Positions 24,541 to 32,738 of a stretch of 32,738 nucleotides of DNA are shown piece by piece. The first letter of the stretch is position 1. Every line of letters begins with the position of its first letter. A model generated the notes under the pieces. The model was not told where the DNA came from. It did no database searches and saw only the letters and a program-made list of their open reading frames with translations. This stretch comes from Octopus bimaculoides (taxonomy: Eukaryota): positions 95,051,404-95,084,141 of the forward strand of contig NC_068987.1 of the NCBI RefSeq assembly GCF_001194135.2. The letters are read 5' to 3'. The translations under genes and the position numbers were made by a program.

Positions 24541-24904
24541 AGTGCAACGTTTATATAAGTTAGGAAATTTAAAGGGAACGTAGATCTTATTAAATTGGAT
24601 GAAATGGTCAATCACACAGACATGAAATATCAGGCAATCTATCCAGCATGTTGAGTTGGGTTTCAATTAATTTTACGTCGATTCCGACATTATTTCTACA
24701 CTTTTATTGATTAAGTCATCTGACTTGCAGAAAATGTAAGTTTATTGACTTTTACAGCTGTTTACTCTTCATCAATTTTATTTTCTTTCGTCAGGCAATT
24801 ATTTTTCAATGTAAACGTTATGATAAGAGAGCGCGAGAAAGGTAAGATGGAGGGCGGAGAAAAGAGAAATACAGAAAATCAGATAAGAGTATAGAAAATA
24901 ACAA

Positions 24905-24963
24905 TGCATGTGTATGTGTGTGCATTTATGTGCATTTGCATATGGGTATGTATTCAACTATAT

Positions 24964-25007
<44 letters not shown>

Positions 25008-26045
25008 TCATACAAATATATATGTATACATATACATACGTACATATACTTGCGTNNNNNNNNNNNNNNNNNNNNNNNNNNNNNNNNNNNNNNNNNNNNN
25101 NNNNNNNNNNNNNNNNNNNNNNNNNNNNNNNNNNNNNNNNNNNNNNNNNNNNNNNNNNNNNNNNNNNNNNNNNNNNNNNNNNNNNNNNNNNNNNNNNNNN
25201 NNNNNNNNNNNNNNNNNNNNNNNNNNNNNNNNNNNNNNNNNNNNNNNNNNNNNNNNNNNNNNNNNNNNNNNNNNNNNNNNNNNNNNNNNNNNNNNNNNNN
25301 NNNNNNNNNNNNNNNNNNNNNNNNNNNNNNNNNNNNNNNNNNNNNNNNNNNNNNNNNNNNNNNNNNNNNNNNNNNNNNNNNNNNNNNNNNNNNNNNNNNN
25401 NNNNNNNNNNNNNNNNNNNNNNNNNNNNNNNNNNNNNNNNNNNNNNNNNNNNNNNNNNNNNNNNNNNNNNNNNNNNNNNNNNNNNNNNNNNNNNNNNNNN
25501 NNNNNNNNNNNNNNNNNNNNNNNNNNNNNNNNNNNNNNNNNNNNNNNNNNNNNNNNNNNNNNNNNNNNNNNNNNNNNNNNNNNNNNNNNNNNNNNNNNNN
25601 NNNNNNNNNNNNNNNNNNNNNNNNNNNNNNNNNNNNNNNNNNNNNNNNNNNNNNNNNNNNNNNNNNNNNNNNNNNNNNNNNNNNNNNNNNNNNNNNNNNN
25701 NNNNNNNNNNNNNNNNNNNNNNNNNNNNNNNNNNNNNNNNNNNNNNNNNNNNNNNNNNNNNNNNNNNNNNNNNNNNNNNNNNNNNNNNNNNNNNNNNNNN
25801 NNNNNNNNNNNNNNNNNNNNNNNNNNNNNNNNNNNNNNNNNNNNNNNNNNNNNNNNNNNNNNNNNNNNNNNNNNNNNNNNNATATATATATGTACGTATG
25901 TATGTATGTATGTATGTATACGTACATATATATGCATATATGCAAGCATAATATAAAAACATATGTATATGAGAGAGAGAGAGAGAGCGAGGGAGAAAGA
26001 AAGAAAAGAGGAAGAGGGAGAAGAGAGAGAGAAAAAGAGAGAGAT
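24905..26045. repeat. TA/TATG/GA microsatellites flanking the 25056-25881 gap
   Basis: Seen directly. Confidence 0.9.
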
Positions 26046-26444
26046 AGCGTTAATTTACGGCTTTTTAACACAAAGAAGCAGGTTGTGTTAAACCGTTATT
26101 TCTAGATTTGGAATCTTGCTTCCTTCTCATTTGAATAACTTGCATTTAAATTAGCAGATGACTATTAGAAGTTTGAATTTATTAATTTTACGACATAATA
26201 AGCAAAACCAAAATACATAGAAGAAGGCATGGTTTTCCGTTGACAAGTTTCCATCGGAAACATTGATCTGTGGGTTCGACTGCGCGACAAGTTGATTAAC
26301 TTCAATTAACATCTATATTGGCCTGTAACAGTTTCTTTGTGGATTTTAAACCATAAATTGAATCTGCTGACAATATTAAGGTGTTAAATTATATTACTAC
26401 ATAATAATAACCAAAGCAAACAAACAGACAAAAAGCAATATTGA

Positions 26445-26935
26445 TCGTATATGCAGCATAATCCATCGTAATCCTGAAATAAGAAAGTATGTCCTTCGTC
26501 ATCTTGATCCAACCGCCCAGTGGAGGTTGGATGCAGGGATTTGTATTATGGGGTTGTACTCGGGAACAAATAAAAGATCGGAAGAGGAGGGCTGCTGATC
26601 AGCTTGTGCAGAATTGATCATGATAGACGTTACAAGTGATGGGTCTCATAAAAGTATCGTATTTCTTTTGTGCTGGAGAAGTAATACAGTGGAATGGTAA
26701 GTGAAGGCAGTTAGTGATGGCGTGGACACGATTGACAGAGGCAAAGGTGTGATGGATACTGCATGTGTGAATGCAGGTGGCTTAAGCTACAATTCTTGCA
26801 TTCTGTGAAATGGCACTCCATTCCTTGAAACAGCTGTTGTGGCTGAGAAGGAGTAATTGGTTGTTACAATCCTTTGCTTAGAATTTCCTTTGCAACCAAA
26901 TAATACCCTTTTAACTGTCCATAGAGACATTGATT
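26445..26935 (-). mobile_element. Possible old CR1/L2-type LINE 3' end
   Basis: Fragmentary translation LLLLSH..AVS..NG..PPAFTHAVSI resembles post-RT segments of CR1/L2/jockey-group LINEs. Heavily decayed and based on recall. Confidence 0.35.
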
Positions 26936-27034
26936 ACAACCAACAACTACAGAGTGGAGCGACCGATTTGCGTAGATAATGCATTCTTAGCAGTTATCTT
27001 CATTCATAAATTATTGGTGCGGTTACTCCATAAT

Positions 27035-27235
27035 ATATGTATATATATATATGCCTATATATATCAATATCTATGAATCTATTTATCTATCTAAACACAC
27101 GCACACATATATATACATTTATATACATATGTCCGCATAAACACATTTGCACATACATACGCACACGCACACACGCGAACATACATGCACGCACACATAC
27201 ACACACACACATATATAATCTATGTATGTATATAT
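27035..27235. repeat. TA/CA low-complexity tract
   Basis: Seen directly. Confidence 0.85.
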
Positions 27236-27745
27236 CTTCCCTACTATACTTCAGTATAAGCTTCTGTGAGTGTGTACGTAGGTGTTTGCATGTGAATGCT
27301 TCCGTGTACATTTCCGTGCTAGGCCCGTACCAGGTTTCTGAATTGAAAAGTTGATCCTGTTGCAAATGTGTAACCAGGATTCAATAATGGAATAAATGGA
27401 AGCTATTTATGTCTATCAGTTATGATTGAAGAGATAGAGAACAATGATTTATTCGTAAACTATTTTCTCGAATACATTCAACGCAAGCTAACACACACAC
27501 AGAATAATTTAAGACGGAAAAAAAAGGTTTCTTTGAACTTTCTCCACATGCTAAAGCTCACAATCTTTCCTGACCTTTCATGTCAGCTACAAATCTATAA
27601 CATTGTCAATAATCTAACTTAAAAACTTCGTTTCCATTTCAAATTCGGAATTCTTTTCATTGCTGAACAGTTGCTCACAGTCGGCAAGAGTCGAGTACGG
27701 TATTAATTAAAGCACCATTTTTGTTGTTAATATTTAGCTGTTACA

Positions 27746-27963
27746 AAGCGGTGAGCTTGCAGAATCGTTAGCAGGCCGGACAAAATGCTTAGCAGCATTT
27801 CATCCGTCTTGGTGTTCTGAGTTCAAATTCCACCGAGGTTGACTTTACCTTTCATCCATTTGAGGTCGATAAAACAAGTACCAGTTGAATACTGGGATCG
27901 ATGTAATCGACTTTCCCCTCTCCTGAAATTGCTGGCCTTGTGCCAAAGTTTGAAACCAATATT
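27746..27963 (+). mobile_element. tRNA-derived SINE, near full length
   Basis: A-box-like CTTGCAGAATCG, B-box GAGTTCAAATTCC, body GAGGTTGACTTTACCTTTCATCC..GGTCGATAAAACAAGTACCAGTT..GATCGATGTAATCGACT. Matches an abundant octopus SINE from recall. Confidence 0.8.
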
Positions 27964-29728
27964 TAGCTGCCAGTTCAATCGTCATCAATGTTTGATCGAT
28001 GCTTTACCATGTCTTTATCTTTTCTATATACGACTACGAATCGGGAACTGTGTTAAGAAGAGTGTGTGAGTGTGATTTACCTACTATTTCTAGCTGGCTG
28101 GATGAACACCGATGAGATTTCTTAGATGGTTCATAATATTGTTACTGTTGTTTATTTTTATTTACTGTGTCTGTTTAATCATGTTTTGGAAGGAGGAAAA
28201 AGTTCAGCGCTGCTATATTCTGCTGGTGAGGCGAATGGAAGAAACCCTTCGAATCGTGTTATTCTTGGACCATAATTTTGGCCCAAATAAGTGAAACACA
28301 GTGCAGGTAGGATAAAGCAAGAAAGGATCAGGTAATAGAATTAAATCAGACGAAAGATTAAGTTTGTAATCTATCTCGGTTGTGAGAGGCAGAAGAATTT
28401 GATCAAAAGTGATCCAAATGTGACAATCTTGTCTGCAGTTCAGACATTCTGTATCAAAGTATTATATACAATATGATGTTCATGGTGTTTTATAGTAATT
28501 CAGAGGCTGACGAGGAAGAAAGGATAGAAGCGAACTCACGATATATTGCTAACTGTTGTAGGGAACAATGGATTAATATGTCCAGTTGGCTTGGGATCCT
28601 TTAAAGGTTTACTAGGAATTGCAGTTACATCTTCAATAAAAGCGCGAAGAATTGGTGTTCGACTAAGAAACGAAAGCACAAAGTAGAGTGAATAGCGGAT
28701 AAGCCAGTGGCCATTTTTATGCTGTTCTTTAAATATGCCCACTGCAGCTTAAATGTTAAGTTTCATGTGAATATCATCTTTGAGTATATAATCCCAATAT
28801 TTTGTTAAAATATGTTAATTTTCCGCTCTTATTTCGGTTTCGATATTGTATTCCTGATCAGTGATTTACTTAAACTCGCCAAGGAAATTATTAAGACAGA
28901 AACACATTCTTAGTTGTGTCCCGTACACACCAAAATAATTAAAGTACAATTAGTCGTTGAGTTTTGAGTCTCTTTTATAAAATTATATATTTAGATCTTT
29001 GATGCTCATCTTTGATGTTCACTGCTGGTCCATCAGCTGTGACCAGTATATCATTGTTCCGGTTGTCATTTCACAAAATGTCTGTTGTGTCCGTTGACAA
29101 GTTATTTAATTTGATTTAACTTTTATCTGGTTATAATTATTGCATGGTGCCATAGATCATCATTATAAGCGGTGATATTCTGTGCAAATGGTAAGCGTTC
29201 AGTTGGTGCGTAATGTTGAATTGCTGAGTTCAGATTTTCTGGCGAGTAAACTTATCTTTAACTGTCTCGGGGCAAGTTTCTTTGTTGGCTGCTTAACACC
29301 ATGCAAGTCGGAAATAAGACACCAGCATTTGAACTGCAGGACTTTGCAAAAGGCTATCACACATCTATCTATTTATCTATCTATCCACCTATCATTCTTT
29401 TTTCCTTCGCCCCCCCCCTCTCTTACTCTCTCTGTTGTGTATGCACATAGATGCATATATATATATATATATATATATATANNNNNNNNNNNNNNNNNNN
29501 NNNNNNNNNNNNNNNNNNNNNNNNNNNNNNNNNNNNNNNNNNNNNNNNNNNNNNNNNNNNNNNNNNNNNNNNNNNNNNNNNNNNNNNNNNNNNNNNNNNN
29601 NNNNNNNNNNNNNNNNNNNNNNNNNNNNNNNNNNNNNNNNNNNNNNNNNNNNNNNNNNNNNNNNNNNNNNNNNNNNNNNNNNNNNNNNNNNNNNNNNNNN
29701 NNNNNNNNNNNNNNNNNNNNTGTGTGTG

Positions 29729-30650
29729 TGTCAAGAGCAATACATAGGCCAAACAAAAAACAGTCTACGTCAAAGGATGGCTCTGCATAGATCCCAGATC
29801 AAAATTCCGAAAAACAGAAAAATAACATTCAGCCAACACATCGACATTTGCGCCATTAATAAAAATCCAAGTTTCATAATTTTTCCCCCTCTATCAATTC
29901 GGGGACGATACAACCTGTAGCCAACGAATTAGTAAAGAGTCTCTCTTTATCACAGAAAACAGACCCCTTTTGAACGCATCTACAAGTGACATATCCACCA
30001 CGACATTACAATAACATACACGCAAATATAAAAAATTATACATTCCAAAGGGATACTCAAGTATTCCTAAAATAAATAGTTCCAATCACTGCTATAATCC
30101 ACAACGAACCACTTTTAGGTCACTTGACCAGTTACCCTCCTACTACTCTCCTTCTTCTTCTCCGCTGTCTTCGTCTTCTTCTTCCTTTCCACCTCTTCCT
30201 TCCTTACTTTACTACTACTGTTTATAATAACACCTAAGCAAATATTATAAACAATACATTCAAAAGAGATATCCCAATAATTCAATCAATACTACCATCC
30301 ACAACATGTCACTTTCAGGGCACTTGACCGTTTAACACTCTACTACTATTATAGCGTTCCCGCATCCCTCTTCTTCTTCTTCTTCTTCTTAGCCAAAAAT
30401 TTACAACGACCTCGAATCCACAAGAGTAAACAAGAGAAACAGATACAGGCAGAAACAAGGAAAATGCCCCTTGTATTTGAATACTATGCAAATATTCTTT
30501 TAAAAAACTTTTCATTTAAATTTTCCAACATTTTATTTTTTCAAAATTTGTTTTCCATACTTACAGTTGAAAAGGTCTCAATGACCGAAACCGGTTCTGA
30601 AATGTTTTTTATAAAATTATTTTAGCATTTTCTTTCTTGACTTTTTTCCA
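29729..30650 (+). mobile_element. Penelope-like retroelement 3' fragment: GIY-YIG endonuclease plus hammerhead-bearing tail
   Basis: CQEQYIGQTKNSLRQRMALHRSQI (YIG motif at 29741-29749 and the conserved R)..SQHIDIC..IIFP, then after a frameshift SQRISKESLFI..PLLN (~29990), followed by a pyrimidine-rich tail and a hammerhead. Confidence 0.85.
30561..30602 (+). ncRNA. Minimal type I hammerhead ribozyme (U3-A8 core variant, palindromic stem III)
   Basis: ttacag | TTGAAAA | GGTC tcaat GACC | GAAA | CCGGT | T | ctgaaa. Stem I has 5 of 6 pairs, stem II has 4 bp with G10.1-C11.1, stem III is the ACCGGT palindrome, and the cleavage triplet is GUU. Confidence 0.75.
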
Positions 30651-30809
30651 TATAGTGTGTTTTTTGGGTATGTGTATCATTTAATTTTTTAGGGATCTCT
30701 GTGGTGGTGAGCATGTAGAGAGAGTTCTATTCGTGCCCCTACTCAAACATGAATTGACCCATCCATGATGTGGCACTTGGAGAAAGAGAAATAAAGTTGC
30801 ATTAGCAGC

Positions 30810-30950
30810 CACAGGTACACATTACAGTTGAGTAACGCAATCTGAAGTGAAATGCCTTGTTCAAGGGTACGTAGGTTCATTTCCTAGACCACACCACCTG
30901 GCTCAGAAATGAAATTCATGAGTCGAACATTTTAAGTACTAGTAAAGAAT
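30810..30950 (-). mobile_element. Old SINE remnant
   Basis: gagtaacgcaatctgaagtgaaatgccttgttcaaggg resembles the reverse of a SINE core (..aagtg.cttgctcaagg..), related to the core of the 9924-10100 copy; very decayed. Confidence 0.35.
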
Positions 30951-32339
30951 TAATTGACTTCCTAAATGCCGAATAATCTATACGTGTCAAACTTCCATCC
31001 TCCTCAGGAATCCACTAGAATTCATTGAAAATGAAGAGATACGTTATTGTCTTGATTCTCGCTGATCTGCACCTACTTCATGAATTATTATCTGTTAAGC
31101 AGGCGTTAGCACTTATGACTAAATAATTTCTTTTCTGTTTCCACGTAACAAGAGCCTCATAGTCTTGTCAGATTCATCGGTCCGGAGAGGTAGTTTTGAC
31201 TATTGAGATACACAATAAGGTCGAAACACCACGTTGTCTCAAAGTCACCTGACACCAATGAATGGAGTGTGTTATGAACAAACATCGTCTACAGCGAAGT
31301 GTTGTCCTCCGATGAAGAAAAAAAACTGCGATCAGATATTCATATTCGAACATACCGGAACATTTTACGAATGTATGTATACGTTATTGTTGTGATTCTT
31401 GCTGTTCTACGTATACCACATAGATTACTATAGTTCTTCGTTATTCAGATAATCATTAACAATACTGCTTCTGCCAAGATATTGTTCTAGAAGTGTATGA
31501 AAGAATACTTTCATAGATTGGCACAGAACCAGGATATTGTAACAGCGGTATGTAATCTAGTCAATCGACAATACTGCATTTCTGCCACTACTGTTTATTG
31601 ACATTGCAAGGATGAAATACGAAGTTTATTCTAGTGGAATATAAATTGAAAATGGAAAAGGAGCGGCATGAAATCCTAAGAAAAATTTAATCTGACGACC
31701 TGCTGGTTCTGCCAACTTATTGATCGCGACATTGATGAACTGAAGATTTACTTTTATAAGTTCCTCGGAAAAAGAAAGAGTGGATGAAATGTGGATGCTA
31801 TGATCTTTAAAGACTTTTCCAGACTAAGGAAATAGCTGCTATTACTCATGTGATGTTATATCATAGAGTGTATGTGATTTTTGACATAATGTGTGTATAT
31901 ATATATATATACATGCGTGTATGTGTGTGCTTGCTCGTGTTTGGGTGGGTAGAACATGATAGTCCTGACAATCATAGTTTGCATAACAGCAAAGTTTATG
32001 CTGTCTTCTTTTTCACGTACATCTCTTTTAAGACAATACTATGTGATTTAAGGGATATTTAACTGCAATTTCGAACAGGTCGATTAACCATGTTGAATAT
32101 TGTAGATTGTTGTTGCTATCTAGCCCCTAGTTAAGCCGTGATGAAGATATATATTTTTGGTCTGCATTATATTACTTATCCCATTTTATTGATATCATAA
32201 TCGTTGGATTACATTTTGGACACAAGACATCCACTGCGTCACAGCATTTCATGAAGAAGAGAGAGACAAGCGATTGTCTATGCTGCTCGAGTGTAACCGA
32301 TACCAAAACGTAACAGATATCGAAGGCATCGGTTTATCG

Positions 32340-32600
32340 AGATAGATAGGTTTCTTTATTAGCCACACAGGGCTCAACACAGAGTGGACAAAATACAAAT
32401 GTAGAGTTTTTCTTTTCGAGGGGGTCGAAAACAAAGCAGAAAAAAAAAACAAAAGTGGGGACAACGATGAAAAAAAACATCGCAAAACGTTTGGGGTATT
32501 TACAAAAAATACGAAATAATACAAAAAATTCCCAATAAATGGGGAGGTTATCCGTGGAAAGAAAAACCTACGAAAAGACCACGGTAACCTCGGTCTTTAG
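32340..32600 (-). mobile_element. Putative retroposon 3' UTR/tail
   Basis: Minus strand is T-rich and ends in gtccactctgtgttgagccctgtgtggctAATAAAgaaacctatctatc (polyA-signal-like hexamer plus simple repeat). Confidence 0.35.
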
Positions 32601-32738
32601 TGTCACAGTTTGTTAAATAAAATTTCTTTTATTTAAGCAAGAAACGTAAGTAACTCTCTGTTTACAAAATTTTAAAACGTTTTATAGAATCATGGTCAAG
32701 GTGGCTTCGTCATTTATACGTGCCATTCTTGCTACATG

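Noticed and set aside
27746-27840. tRNA gene (A and B boxes; also 10030-10100)
   Set aside because: No cloverleaf could be formed, and the boxes continue into SINE bodies.
31040-31600. Short diverged direct repeats (atacgttattgt..gattct.gctg.tct at ~31041 and ~31379; acaatactgc..ttctgcca twice)
   Set aside because: Too short and diverged to define an element; no coding or terminal signature found.

Overview
Eukaryotic, AT-rich, microsatellite-saturated non-genic or intronic DNA with 7 assembly gaps. The SINE families and the extreme density of compound microsatellites suggest a coleoid cephalopod, probably Octopus; this is an inference from recalled repeat families, not a search. No host protein-coding exon, rRNA, tRNA or CRISPR array could be supported. 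The window is a transposable-element graveyard with unusually many lineages: two D34D mariners, a near-complete rosa/DD41D-like Tc1-mariner with a 46-residue catalytic spacing, a Chapaev3-type transposon, an internally deleted piggyBac, a TA-flanked MITE, R4/Dong-clade and L1/Tx1-like LINE pieces, two Penelope-like (GIY-YIG) fragments, tRNA-derived SINEs and several long fold-backs. The best observation is a minimal type I hammerhead ribozyme at 30561-30602, downstream of a Penelope GIY-YIG fragment. Its core carries a U3-A8 swap of the canonical C3-G8 pair, and its stem III is palindromic (dimer-type). Most ORFs in the supplied track are microsatellite or N-gap artefacts.
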